Under the pieces are notes generated by a model, which saw nothing but the letters and a program-made list of their open reading frames with translations, was not told the DNA's origin and did not search any database. From Botryllus schlosseri (Eukaryota), in the NCBI GenBank assembly GCA_051294905.1, contig CM119374.1, positions 5,580,001-5,644,000 of the forward strand: a DNA stretch of 64,000 bases. The letters are read 5' to 3'. Positions within the stretch are counted from its first letter, which is position 1. Each line of letters starts with the position of its first letter. Made by a program: the position numbers and the translations under genes. Shown here piece after piece: positions 43,385 to 55,944 of this stretch.

Positions 43385-43935
43385 GTTTACATCATACTTT
43401 TCATTTGGCCAAAGGCAATTTACGACCATTTTTGACCGGCTTGCCGAGCGCTAACCGTGATGAATTGGTAATAATGGAAAGCTGCTACTGCACTGATTAC
43501 GAAAATATAAATTTTACTCTGTTCGTGGCTCAGGAACCGCAATAACCATCCCCAATTTTCCATTGTGACACAGCAATTCTGTCTGGTAAAACGAGAGTGC
43601 AGCTCAAGTGAAAGGAGCCAGACAGCATCGTTGTTTCACAAAGCCAAACTCCATCCCAATACAAAATTCGAGGGTGATTTTTTAGGGGTGGGGTGTTCCA
43701 GGGCCATGAGCAGAATAAAATTCATATTCTCGTAATCAATATACAGCTTTCCATTGATTATTAAATTTAGCACTCGGCAAGCCTGTTAAAATGGACGTAA
43801 GATTGAAATGACAGTCAAATCCCAGCTACCAGTCACGGTAAATTTAGACCTCAGTTGTCGTGAGATCCTTGAAGAACTTTCTAATAACAAGTAGTTGCTG
43901 GAGCAGATAGTGCTCCCAATACCGATACAGTTAAC

Positions 43936-46560
43936 ATGGAGCCTGAAATCCCACACCAGGGGCTGACCATTAGCACGGTGGAACCAGCGGAAGATATTGG
44001 CTGGTTTGTCAAGCTCAAGGTTGCCCTTGACCTGCTTACATGGTGCGTTGATACTGGCGCACAAGTATCAGTCATGCCCTTGCACATATACAAGCGTCAA
44101 TATGGATCCATCAGACCCTCCGACAAACGTTTGATGACTGCAGGGAATAAGGAACTTTCCACCCTTGGCTATGTCGCTATGACGCTCGGGTTTGAGGATA
44201 ACTCCGTTGTGGAAAAGGTCTACGTTGTCCGGGATACGCCTAAACTACTCTTGGGTATCCCAGGGGCATTCAAAATCGGACTCCTGCAAGATGTGCCGGG
44301 TACAGTCAGCATCCGTGCAGTAGACTGTGCAGTAACTCCCTCGCTTCGGTCTAAGGAAGAGGTCATGAAAGCTTACCCTGAACTCTTTCAAGGAGTTGGA
44401 AAAATGAAAGGACAGTACTCTATCAAACTGAAGGCGAATGCTAAACCGTTAAGCCTGAAAGTACCTCGCAGAGTTCCCATTCCTTTGCTTGGTAGTTTGA
44501 CTGCTGAGCTAAATAAATTGCAAAAGGCGGACATAATTGAGCCTGTCAACGAGCCAACAGACTGGTGCGCACCGATCGTTGTGGTACGGAAGAAAAACTC
44601 TGAAATACGCCTGTGTGTGGATCTAACGAAACTAAATGATTCTGTTGATAGGGAACTCTACCCTATGCCGACAGTTGAGAGCACCCTGGGGAAGATTGCC
44701 GAAGGAACTGTTTACACCAAACTGGATGCAAATAGTGGCCTTTATCAAATAGAACTTGAACCGGAGTGTCGTAAGTTAACTACATTCATCACCCCTGATG
44801 GGAGGTTCAGATTCAAGAGGCTTCCATACGGTATCGCCAGCGCACCCGAAGTCTACCAACGGAAAATGAATCAGGTGCTTGCTGGCATCCCCAATGTGAT
44901 ATGTCACATGGATGACATCATAATTGCTAGCTCACCACAGGATTACAATACCACCCTCGGACTTGTACTGGATAGACTCCGAGATGAGGGAATTACATTG
45001 AATAAAGACAAATGTGTCTTTTCAGCGACTAAACTGGAATACCTTGGACATGTTGTTGGTAAAGATGGCATCGGCAAGGATCCTAAAAAGGTTGAGGCGA
45101 TTGCCAAGTTCTCCGCTCCCTCAGACGTCCCGGAACTGAGAAGGTTTCTGGGAATGACCAATCAACTCATGAAATTCTCAGCCAACCTGGCTGAGCTTAC
45201 AAAGCCTCTGAGGGATCTACTGAAGAAAAACACTTCGTGGCTCTGGGGTGCTGAACAACAGCTGGCGTTCGACCAGGTTAAGGCAGAGCTGTCCTCGGAT
45301 GTGACTCTTGCTATGTACAGCCCGGATAAGGAAACTGTTATCTCTGCCGACTCCAGCAGTTATGGACTTGGAGCTGTGCTGATGCAACGTCAGGTAGACA
45401 ACTCTCTACGGCCTGTCGCTTATGCTAGCAGATCACTGACTGAGACAGAGAGACGATACGCTCAAATCGAGAAGGAGGCCCTTGCTATAACGTGGTCTAT
45501 GGAGAGATGGAAGGAACTCCTGATCGGCTTGCATCAACTTCGCGTGGAGACTGATCACCAACCATTAGTTCCACTTTTGTCAACAAAGACTCTTGATGAG
45601 CTTCCGCTCAGAGTGCAACGATTTCGAATGCGGCTGATGAAGTTCAACTTCACCATATCTCATGTTCCGGGGAAACTGCTATATACCGCTGACGCATTGT
45701 CTCGTTGTCCGTTGCCAACTTTCGAGGACGTTGATGGCCTTCATAATGAGACAGAAGCCTATGTCAATGCCGTCACATCCAGCCTTCCTGCGTCTTGTAA
45801 ACGGTTGGATGAAATTCGCTCAGAGCTCCAGAAAGATGACGTATTGCGCACAGTGATGCAATATGTATCCTCAGGGTGGCTGAAATGCAAAGAGACGCTG
45901 CATGGCCCACTTAAGCCATACTGGAACGATAGAGCCTGTTTATCTACTTATGAAGGACTCCTGCTTAAAGGGAATCGCTTGGTGATCCCCTGTACGCTGA
46001 TACAAGACGTTTTAAGATACCTTCATGATGCTCACCAAGGGGTGACAAAATCCCGACTCAATGCATCACAGTCATGCTGGTGGCCTGGAATTTCTAAGGA
46101 CATTGAAGAAACCGTCAGAAATTGCGAAAAGTGCACGGAGCATCTGCGAGAAAAAGTTGAACCGATGCTGTCAGCATCCTTCCCAGAGAGACCCTGGTCC
46201 CGTGTTGGTGCCGACTTCTTTCAATACCAGAATTCCATGTACCTGCTAGCCGTTGACTACTACTCCAGGGACATTGAGATTTGCATAGTCTCCAAAACAG
46301 TGAACGCAGCAGAGACGATTCTGAAATTCAAGAAGATTTTCAGTAGGCATGGCATCTGCGAGACTTTGCTCACCGATGGAGCACCTATGTTCTCTTCCCG
46401 CGACTTTGTGTCATTTTGCGAAAGCTGGAAAATTGAACATATCATGTCCTCACCTAGATATCCACAGGGGAACTCGGAGGCTGAGCGTGCCGTTCAGACC
46501 ATCAAAAACCTTCTGCGAAAATGTGACGATGAATATCTGGCGCTACTCACGTACCGCTAA
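43936..46560 (+). CDS. Ty3/Gypsy pol (protease-RT-RNase H-integrase), 874 aa, integrase C-terminus truncated
   Basis: DTGAQVSV; KLDANSG, LPYG, CHMDD; ADSSSYGLGAVL, EKEALA, TDHQPL, ADALSR; HHCC, GADFF, TDG, AERAV; ends at LLTYR*. Confidence 0.95.
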   Translation: MEPEIPHQGLTISTVEPAEDIGWFVKLKVALDLLTWCVDTGAQVSVMPLHIYKRQYGSIRPSDKRLMTAGNKELSTLGYVAMTLGFEDNSVVEKVYVVRDTPKLLLGIPGAFKIGLLQDVPGTVSIRAVDCAVTPSLRSKEEVMKAYPELFQGVGKMKGQYSIKLKANAKPLSLKVPRRVPIPLLGSLTAELNKLQKADIIEPVNEPTDWCAPIVVVRKKNSEIRLCVDLTKLNDSVDRELYPMPTVESTLGKIAEGTVYTKLDANSGLYQIELEPECRKLTTFITPDGRFRFKRLPYGIASAPEVYQRKMNQVLAGIPNVICHMDDIIIASSPQDYNTTLGLVLDRLRDEGITLNKDKCVFSATKLEYLGHVVGKDGIGKDPKKVEAIAKFSAPSDVPELRRFLGMTNQLMKFSANLAELTKPLRDLLKKNTSWLWGAEQQLAFDQVKAELSSDVTLAMYSPDKETVISADSSSYGLGAVLMQRQVDNSLRPVAYASRSLTETERRYAQIEKEALAITWSMERWKELLIGLHQLRVETDHQPLVPLLSTKTLDELPLRVQRFRMRLMKFNFTISHVPGKLLYTADALSRCPLPTFEDVDGLHNETEAYVNAVTSSLPASCKRLDEIRSELQKDDVLRTVMQYVSSGWLKCKETLHGPLKPYWNDRACLSTYEGLLLKGNRLVIPCTLIQDVLRYLHDAHQGVTKSRLNASQSCWWPGISKDIEETVRNCEKCTEHLREKVEPMLSASFPERPWSRVGADFFQYQNSMYLLAVDYYSRDIEICIVSKTVNAAETILKFKKIFSRHGICETLLTDGAPMFSSRDFVSFCESWKIEHIMSSPRYPQGNSEAERAVQTIKNLLRKCDDEYLALLTYR

Positions 46561-46657
46561 CTGCCTCAATTCGGATTGTTTATTGTCTTCATTCTGTGCT
46601 TGCGTTGTATATGTTTGTGCTGCTTATAAGCATTTGTGCTTGTCCCGAGAAGGGAGA

Positions 46658-46792
46658 TGTAGTGGTAGCTCTATGGCGCCACTAGGGTGTGACGACATCG
46701 CAGGTGCATCGGTGCTTGGTCGTCACTGAATACATGGCTGCTTGAGAACTCACGTCTCGTATATTAGACAGACCGTCAGTCACGTTACTACA
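46658..46792 (+). mobile_element. Gypsy 3' LTR (135 bp)
   Basis: Polypurine tract GAGAAGGGAGA immediately before TGTAGT...ACTACA; no matching 5' LTR seen. Confidence 0.75.
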
Positions 46793-46949
46793 GTTTCTGG
46801 CAAAAAATATTCCAATCAAAGTAACAATATAGCATCATCTGTTGGGTAGGCTGCCAGCGTTAGGGCACTGAAGCCTCCGCAGAAAAACACAACTTCATGT
46901 TCTCCGTGTCATAGCCAGGGCCCCAAAGGGACCGGGATGTGTGCCCAGC

Positions 46950-47540
46950 AAATCACTGCTAAAACGATTGGGTCTCCTAAACATAAAAGACTAGAAATTA
47001 GACTAGAAACTAGAAATTGCCAAGTTTGTGTATCAGTGCCACTGCCCCGAAAACTTCAATAACTTCTTCACCTCGGTATCAAAGATGCACGACACACGCA
47101 CGTCCACGTCGTCCAACTACCATATAGTGGGCAAAAAAGATCTTCGTTCTATCCAATATGCCGGACACAATTTGTGGAACAATATCTCGCCGGGTATCCG
47201 ACAGTCATCGAGCATGTCCAGTCCACATTCAAGTCAAAATACCAGCAATTTATAGTGAATGAATCTTAGGCAGCCCTCTAGTTTACCGGACCTGACATAT
47301 CGATCTCGCCTTCCGACACATGCCACTTTTTGTCTCCTGTCCTTCTATATTTGTATTTATACTATCTTCCTTTACTTTTCATTCAGTGTGCATGCCTCCT
47401 TTTTACATCGCTTAGCCCAGGTGGGGGTCTGATTTCGGAACTACTACAAGTCGTTTTGACACCGTCCTATCTTTCATTGTATTGCAGTCTTGCGGTGAAT
47501 TAAAATGACGAAATTATAAGCAATAAGATGAATTGAATGT
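46950..47540 (+). mobile_element. 3' end of an L2/CR1-group LINE (degenerate RT C-terminus and 3'UTR)
   Basis: LGLLNI.D..LEIAKF.Y...P..F..FF..H.TR...RSIQYAG..LWN; 3'UTR repeated at about 50515-50670. Confidence 0.7.
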
Positions 47541-47584
47541 GATATGCCGCAGCTTGTATAAATACAAACAAAGTATGTACAACA

Positions 47585-48498
47585 CAGTGTTGGGATGACT
47601 CGAGTCAGACTCGAGTCAACTTTTTCGCATGACTTGGCTTGACTTGAGTCACTTTGCAAAAATGACTTGACTTGACTTGACTCGGCGCTTCAGAAATGTG
47701 GATTGACTCGTGACTCGAAGCAAAATTTACGAGTCAATTTCAAGCCATCTAGTAAATGGTGTCGATTAAATAGCTGCATCTTTTTTATGTTCGGATTGTT
47801 CGCGATACGTCGGAGTGACTTGTGAGAGCAATCAGTCATTCACTGATTGTCCTTTTCACTGATCCTCCATTGTTACATCACAAATAAGTTAACCGAACAC
47901 GAAATGATCACAGCTTACATTTATGTACTAGCTGTAGAATAATCTAATAGCAACGTTTCTCTGTTTGTGAGACGGCTCAGTGCTTGCATCACGAAGTGCC
48001 CACCTTAGCCAACCCTCTTGTATGATTTTAATCGAACGAATATAGTTTATGCGTTCATAATCTCACTGATGTGTGGATGGGTAGTGTACCATATCAATTT
48101 GTTTCAACTTCTCGGCGCTTCGTATTCGATCCTCTATTTTGGCTCACGTATTTTATGAGCAGCTCTAAGCGTGCGTGAGCGATACAATATTTAACTCAAT
48201 ACTCGTTATTTGATTCAAGATATATCACCAATTAATCTGTCATTCACACGACTAGCAAAATGTAATGACTTTGAATCATCACTCATACTTCGAAAATTCT
48301 ATTTGACTTGAATTGTGACTTGACTCGTGACTTGACTTGACTTGACTCGACTTGACTCGAGTCACCTCCAAAAAACGAGTGACTTGACTTGACTCGAGTC
48401 CCCTTCGAAAATCGATTGACTTGACTTGACTCGAGTCAAATTGTGCAATGACTCGAGATGACTCGTGACTCGAAGGTAGTGACTTGATCTCAACACTG
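47585..48498. mobile_element. Non-autonomous hAT (CAGTGTTGGGAT family)
   Basis: Perfect TSD GTACAACA; same ends as 22298-26100. Confidence 0.9.
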
Positions 48499-49070
48499 GT
48501 ACAACAACGCCTTTTAATGCTAATCTAATTTATCGACCGTCCTTATTTTTGGGTCCATGTCGATGGCAACCCTGCATATAAGATATGCGTAAACTACAAA
48601 TTGATAAGTTCATGATCAGTTCCATTGCCTTCACTGCCCAAAAAATTTCAATGACTTCTTCACCTCGGAATCGAAAGAATGTAAGTACTACACCCAACTG
48701 TGTGTGCATTAGGGTTATGACTAAAAAAAATTTTTTTGGCCTGTAGCAGGAATTGATGAACATTTTGGTATAAATTAATAAAATCATAATGATTTTGTTC
48801 AAATCAAAAAAAATGTCCCGCACAAACTAACATCAAATTTTCGACACTGGTCCAAATATGGAAAAAAATTAAAATTCAAATATATTCTTTGCTACAAATT
48901 TAATCTTCAAATATATGTCCTTTTCCACTTATTGTAAAGTCCATTCATCAATTTGACCTCCCTCTCTGTTATTATGTTAGTGCCAGGGACTTCAAATGGG
49001 GTTTTGGGGCACTTTATCGCTGCAGGACATTCGACCGCATAGATAGCAGCAAATGATCTTTGGTATATTC

Positions 49071-49491
49071 TAGAGCCCGACCGATATTGGATTTTTGGGT
49101 CGATACCGATAAAACCAATATCTCACACCTTAGCCGATAACCCCAATACATTCAGCCGATATTCAGAAGAAGTTGGATGTATACATAAGCACATTTTCAA
49201 ATCTTCAGAGGGCATCTATTTGAACATCTTTACAGCCATTGTTATACTTGAACATGAAATGAACTAGAAAGGCTGCATCTGGACACCTGTAAAGTGTAAG
49301 CTATATGAAATATATCAATATTTTCAGTCTAGCGATCAAAGATTATAGTTTTCTGGCTTCCTTCCGCCATGTTGTGACGTCACACGCAAATTGCCGTTAA
49401 TTTTTCAACTCCAATGGCCGATACCGATAATTCTTTCAAAGTGTGATATCGTCTCGATATTATCGACGAACCGATAATCGGTCGGGCTCTA
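49071..49491. mobile_element. hAT MITE (TIR TAGAGCCCGACCGAT; CCGATA repeats)
   Basis: Perfect 15-bp TIR; perfect TSD GTATATTC. Confidence 0.9.
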
Positions 49492-50764
49492 GTATATTCC
49501 ATCTTTAGACATCTGGTTAGAATACCAGTCTTCCTGACACGCATTTGCGATAAATAAGTATCTCCAGAGTTATTCTCTATCTGCGGAAGTGGAAGAACGC
49601 AACGCAACCCTTGAGCACCCTCTCGCATTGCGTAGAGATGGAAGTTTATGCCATTTGATCAGTAGTAATCTATACTATTTTCTTTGAAAGAACGGCATGT
49701 TCTGCACATGCCATAGATAAACTTAAAATCATCCTTACATCCTTGGTTTTCTAATATTTTCATCTGAAATTCGTGCTTGGTGGATTGCACCTAGTTTTCG
49801 TAGTGTTTTTCCACATCATCTCCAAATTTGTAGCTGAGAGTTGGATTTCTTGAAGATGTTGGATCGTAGAACTCTAATATATGCTTTAAGAATCGATAAT
49901 ATGATGTTGGCAAGGGATATGAAAACCCACGCTCATCATTGCATTTCGCAGTTTCGAAACAACGCCATTCTGCCGTCCAGTATCAACAGATGCTACGGTG
50001 TCACATTGGATATATGAGATTTTCAAATTTTCCTGTACATCATATTCTTCTAAGCGGTTTTCTAGACCGCTGAAAATACCTAGAGTTGTTCTACTTTCGC
50101 CTTTTCGAACACCCAGTTTGATTTGTGCCAGACAAATTGAAATTATACGATATATACAGTCTACATCTAAAATCGGAATTAATAATTATTTAATAATTAT
50201 TTAATATTGACTGTAAGCGAGAACACGATAGGAATAATTCAATCTGGGCGGTCAAAATGTACCAAAATACTATTTTAAATCTTCGCAATTGGAATTGGGT
50301 CAGTTAAATTCAAATCAGTCGATAAATAAATTATATAGTCTGTATCTACAAAAGAAAGCCTATCCTCCATACAGTGAAAACTGGAAAATTTTTGTGCGGG
50401 AGGTTTTTGTTCAAACAGTCTTAACTTTTGTGAGTTTTGAAATCAGGACACAAAAGCTCATCATTTGTGACTACAGGACACACAAAATTTTGAATTTTTT
50501 TTTCTAGTCATAACCCTAGTGTGCATGCCTCCTCTCCACATCGCCTCAGCCCGGATGGGTGTCTAATTTCCAAGGCTGCTCCAAAGTCATTTCGAAACCT
50601 TCCTGTCTATTTCCATTGTATCGCAGTCTTGTCGTACTTTGAATTGATGAAAATTCAATAACAAAATAAATTGGAACAGAACTGGTTTACTGTATATTTA
50701 TTTGTCAACAATCAATGATGGAGAACCTAAAAAACGTATAGGTATATTCGAACATTCGTTTAGT

Positions 50765-52871
50765 TTAATTCTGGTGAATTTTTGGCAACAAAATGGCGAT
50801 AACAAAATAACAGAACCATTGCAGTTTTGGTAACAATTCACTGTGTCAGAACTCCTCATCCCATGGAGCTAGGTTAATGAGTATTTCCGCATCTCCATCA
50901 CAAGGACAATACACCAGGAAATACCATCCTTAACGTGCGCTAAGAGCCATTTGACCCTGAATTTGACAGTAATATGGATGGTTTTTATTGATTTGAATTC
51001 CACCACCCTCGCCATACACCAAGGAACGGAAATTAGGTCCAGGTTTAGGGGATTCTCCTCGTCCAATATATGGGCATTTGACTTCTACTGTAAATTCAGA
51101 CCATACTAGACCATCAGGAGTTGCACCAAGGTAGGGAAAGCTGGGGTGAACATGGAGCCCCGACTTCACAAGAGTCAATCCAGTTTTCTTTTGAAATAGC
51201 TTCAAGGCCATTGGTTCATATGTTTTACCATGTATCACTGACGGTACATTCAATTCCCTACTTATAAACATTGCGCTGCAAATAGAATCCCATCTGTTCT
51301 TGCTCTGAGCATGGTAGATTGATCCGAAATGGCTTGCCGTCACCCGCCACTTGCGTTTCAAGTGCCATAGCACACACTTAGATTGTTCTTTAGTATTTCT
51401 CTCTAACGCTTTGCACTTTTCAGAGGTGATCTAAACAGTCGAACAATGTCAAAAAAAGACAAGCTTTGACCTCACTCTCTCTCCTAGACAAAATCTACTT
51501 ACCTCACATGCTCCGTCCACCCAATACTCTGTGAAACATGAATATTAACAGTAGTCGCGCTCCATAGTAGCTACTGGCAAGTTGACCTTCGTATATAGCT
51601 TCCTTAGTGGTATGTCCTTGGCTTCGTTAAAGCAGAATTTAAACACCGAGTTTCTCACATAAGAGTCATGATCGAAACTACCAGTCTTCCGGTATTTCAA
51701 CGGTCTGGGGTCTTCATCATCAGAAGTATTAGCAGCGGTGCGCAGGTCTTTTGATTTCAATGGTGATCCTGAAATTAGAAGATCTTTCAAACAAGAGTGT
51801 GGGAATTTACCGAAACTATCAACCATGGTTGTACCATTCATCATGAAATCAAGAAATATGGAATACCCGAATAAGATTTGGTTGGGTGATGGAACGTCTG
51901 CAGAACATCAGTGCAGCTTTTCCCAACTTTAAGATGGCCAAAACTCCGACTTTCACTGAGTGTGAACAGAAGGCAGGCAGTATGTTAGCATTTTCCGTGA
52001 TCACCACCTCCAGCAGGGCACTCGCATGTTGTATCGAGGGTTTCACCCGAAGATTTTAATTTCAGTTTAACAGGGTATAACACCTAAAAAATATTCTTAT
52101 GAGTTATTGAAAATTTTCAAATGCACGCACAACTGTTCTAGACTGCAAGACTGATGCATTACAGGTTACAAATACACAAATCTGTTTGCAACTAGATAAG
52201 ATAATAAAAGGCATTTCTTATGCTGAAAACGTCTTCTCAACTGGAGTGAACAGCTGAATAGCAAGTGAATCTTTCCCTTATGCTCTCGCATATACATACA
52301 GCTTTTTAATTAGTGATCAACAAAGTCAAGATTGACCTAGCTTCAATTGAAATCACAAATCTTTTTCTTCATAGAAGCTGCTACAATTCCAGAAAAATAA
52401 TAAAACTCTCCCTTCTTCAATACACTGCATGTTCTAAGTTTACCAGCTTCATACATTAACCAACCTTTATTCAATGCTTTAGTGTCTGCACTTTTCTTTC
52501 TACCCAGCACCAGGCGATAAGTAAAGTATCCCTCAATCAAAGAATGTGGTATACTGGGAATCACTTTTACAGATCCCGAGTTCAACTCGCAAATCTTTCC
52601 CCTGGCCATAACACTTAACCATTCGGAGGAACAAGAACAGGTAGGCTACTGCTAATGCGCGCAAATTCAAGTCATATGCTCGGAGCCTGTAATGCAGTTA
52701 AAATTGGTTCATGTAAGAGCTTAAAATGTACCACGAAATGTAGTACGGTGGGGTAACTCAACATCTCATACGATACCTCTGTAGAAGATCGTATTTTTTC
52801 CCACTGACTTGAGCATATCTTTTCCCAAGTTCTACTTGCAACTCAGCTACAGTCATCGCTGAATAGTCCAT
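50765..52871 (-). pseudogene. SAP + SWIM-type Zn finger + YqaJ (lambda-exonuclease-like) nuclease pseudogene, spliced
   Basis: Exon 1 MDYSAMTVAELQVELGKRYAQVSGKKYDLLQR (SAP) with a GT donor at 52776; CECPAG...C*H (SWIM); RVTASHFG, HGKTYE, YLGATPDG, EVKCP, YYCQIQGQM (YqaJ); several in-frame stops. Confidence 0.88.
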
Positions 52872-52979
52872 CGAATATTGCGTTATCAGTTTATAATGCG
52901 CCATCCTCCTCAAAAATACAGATTTGGGTCGAGTTACCTTTGTCGCCACCACGTGGTAAAAATGAAGTGGAATAGCCCC

Positions 52980-53790
52980 ATTGAATGGCCAGCGCGGGTA
53001 CCGGTCTGGAGCAGCCCAACATTTAAGGTTCGCTTTCTGGTGCAATCAGAAGGAAACGGTCAGACAGATCATCGAGGATGATTCTGGCAGTAAAAGGTGC
53101 GAAATTCCTGCTGACGTCATCGAGCGGTAATTTCGTGCTGACGCTGCTGCCGCGGTTTCCGATGATGATGATGCTTTTCCTTAGTGGATGACTCAGCACA
53201 GTTACCAGGGCGACCTGGCTTCTGCTGTTTGCGACGAGCCGATTACTTCCTTAGAGGTAGCTGAAGTACTGGCAACCTTAGACACAAGTAGCTCACCAGG
53301 CTACGACGGTCTCATTTATGGATTTTGGAAGCGCTTGGACCCCAAGGAATAAATCCTCTCCGAGCTTTTCGAAATCTCTAGGTGTTGCCGACGAATTCCA
53401 TTTGAGTGGCGCTCGTCGCGGGTAATCCTAATTCCAAAGGACCGCGACGGCGACATGCAAGACGTCGGCAATTGCAGACCCATAGCGCTATCGAGGACGT
53501 TGTGTAAGATCTACGCGTCGTCGCTCGCCGTCTCCAGAGCTGGGTATCCGATGGAAATGTCGTCTCCATGGAGCAAAGGGGGTTTGTTCCGCAAGAGGGG
53601 GTCTTCGAGCGCGTATTCATGCTTGATTCCTTGCTTGCGGATGCCAAGTCGTCACGGCAGGATATTTAACTTGCTTGGCCTGACATACGCAATGCTTTTG
53701 GTACCGTTCGGCCTGGCTCTGATCGAAGTCCTGAGGCACTTTGACGCCCCGGAGTCATGCTTCACCAGCGGTATAAAATCGATGTAAGCA
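52980..53790 (+). pseudogene. R2/NeSL-like non-LTR retrotransposon RT fragment
   Basis: N.KETVRQI..CEIP, EPIT..EV, SPGYDGLIYGFWKRLDP, WRSSRVILIPK, NCRPIAL; stops and frameshifts. Confidence 0.8.
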
Positions 53791-55944
53791 ATCGGTTCGT
53801 CAGCAATCATTCTTCAGGAACTGGCGTTTAACGCAGTGAAAAGTTTTTTATCGAGACCTTTGTTGCAGGTGAAATGTTTGCATACTGTACAGGTTTTGGC
53901 CACTACCGGTAGCATGGCTTAATATTCAGACGGAACTGATGTACCAGTGGGCCTACGTGATGAGCATTGTGATCGAAGGTGGTCTCGCAGTTTCAAATAA
54001 CGGTTGATAGGTACTTCATAGTACGAGGTAGAGTTGGTATCAGGTCACTATCTTCAAGTCATTGCAAATTTTTAATCAAGTCACGAAGTCATTTCTAAAT
54101 TTTTCAAGTCAATTCAGGCAAGTTCTAAAACTGACTTCGAAGTCAGGCCTTCTGAAGATGTGAAAGTAGGCAAAACGTTTTTGAAGTAATAATAGTCATT
54201 ATACCTCTGTTACGGAGATTCATCTTGTGATTCGAATGCTCCTATATACAGAAATTGAATAACTCGGAAAATTTTTGCTTGATACTTATCAGGAGTAATC
54301 GTCAGCAGCTTTTAGATACAGAATACAATTGACTAACAGTTATATACAAAGTCTAGCCTAACTCATTTCTTCATACTACTCGAGTACTTTTCATACCGTT
54401 CATTTTCTGCTTCAACAAGTAGATTTCAATATCCAATTGACTAACAAAAGTCTGCAAAATTTGGTCTTAACATACTTTTTCAAACTACTTCATGAGTACA
54501 ATTTACCATGATATGACGGTATATCTTATAAGTGTATGTGAGCGCAAGAGCAACCCACAATAGGTAGAAAGTTCCTGCCACTGTCCATTTCAGGTTTGAT
54601 AGATTTGTGCACAGCCAATGATATATAAATGATTGTTCACAGCATATACTTTGCATATTCATTTAATTATAATGTTGTCCATGTCCACTTGTCCAGTATG
54701 TCAACTCTTGCAATCGTTGACTTGCAAGATGGTGACTTCGAAGAATGGGACGGAATAGACACTGTCCAACAATCCCCTTCACTCAACAAATTTCCGGACT
54801 TACACATCATCATCTATTCCTTCGACAGTCGAGGTGATCATGCAAGAAGTTGATCAAATCCGAGCGTCATAACAATGTGTCATCGGATAGGTATTACAGA
54901 AGCAGGATTTTGAACAGCTCATATACCTCACCGATTCATGGACTCCTAAATGCGCTGATACTAGTCGTGCCTAAATTTCAATGAGGATGCCAACACCATA
55001 ATATTGAGAATTTTATGCTGGGTATAGATATTTCATTTACTATAACACTTAAAAACTGCACAAACAACTTTTGTTATTATGTCAGACTTGTCATCTAAAT
55101 TCAGAATAACAAGAACCAAAATCCTAGTCAACGGAAAGCATTTAATTCAAGTCAATATCTAGCAAAAAGGGATTTTCATGTTTATGCAAATTACAATCTC
55201 AGATATAGCCTGTCTATGTTTAAGCCATTCGATAAATGTACTGTGTGCATCAATTTTTGTTGTAATTTATGAAACTGTGCTTTGCTATTATGAACAATCG
55301 AATAACTGTGCCTAATAGTTGATAACGTCAATGTTTCTTGTCACGTAACAAAAATATATCTTCTCAAATGTTTTTTCGAGCTTTCTTATTCTCTCTTAAT
55401 GACAATAACAGTGCCGTACTGCAGTTGGATGATAGAGCAGCGATTTTAGGCGTCGAGCATCGGCGGGCATTGAAGCATCAAGTACCATGGCATTTGAACA
55501 CTAGTATGTTTCAAGCCTCTTTAGAAATCAATTATTCTTTAAAAATTACCATATCACAGGTAAGGCCAGATTTCCTGATCAGGCTAAAAATGATTCCAAT
55601 AACGCATCAAGACTCAATTTCTTGGTGATAATGAGGTAGTCTGCTCGATGGATTGGCAAAAATGCCCAGATAAAATTTATCATTGTTGTTGTTTTCTTGT
55701 CTCCTTGATAAGCTTCCCCGCTCACGAATTTCGTTGCTGTTTCTGCGACATAAGAATATCTCTAGTTTTGCAGTAGCGGCATATCTCTTTCCAGCTAGTA
55801 CAAGTGAAGTAATATTATCTGTAATGCAATATGGCTTAAAATGGCAATTGTAGCTGAACTTGGTTGTCGTATTCACAAGGCACACAAAATTATCAACAGA
55901 TTGCATTGTAGTGTCCATCTCTTCACCTCTCGCACTCGAATAAT

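Larger units (their letters stand above)
42190..48574. mobile_element. 6.4-kb composite non-autonomous hAT-like element (TIR CAGGGTTGCCAT)
   Basis: Perfect TSD CATATAAG (42182-42189/48575-48582); GTCCTT subterminal repeats. Confidence 0.9.
40507..52979. mobile_element. Decayed ISL2EU-type (PIF/Harbinger-related) transposon with large nested insertions
   Basis: Convergent THAP-HTH-DDE and SAP-SWIM-YqaJ genes; candidate right terminus ...GTGGAATAGCCCC|AT. Left terminus not found, so the start is approximate. Confidence 0.72.
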
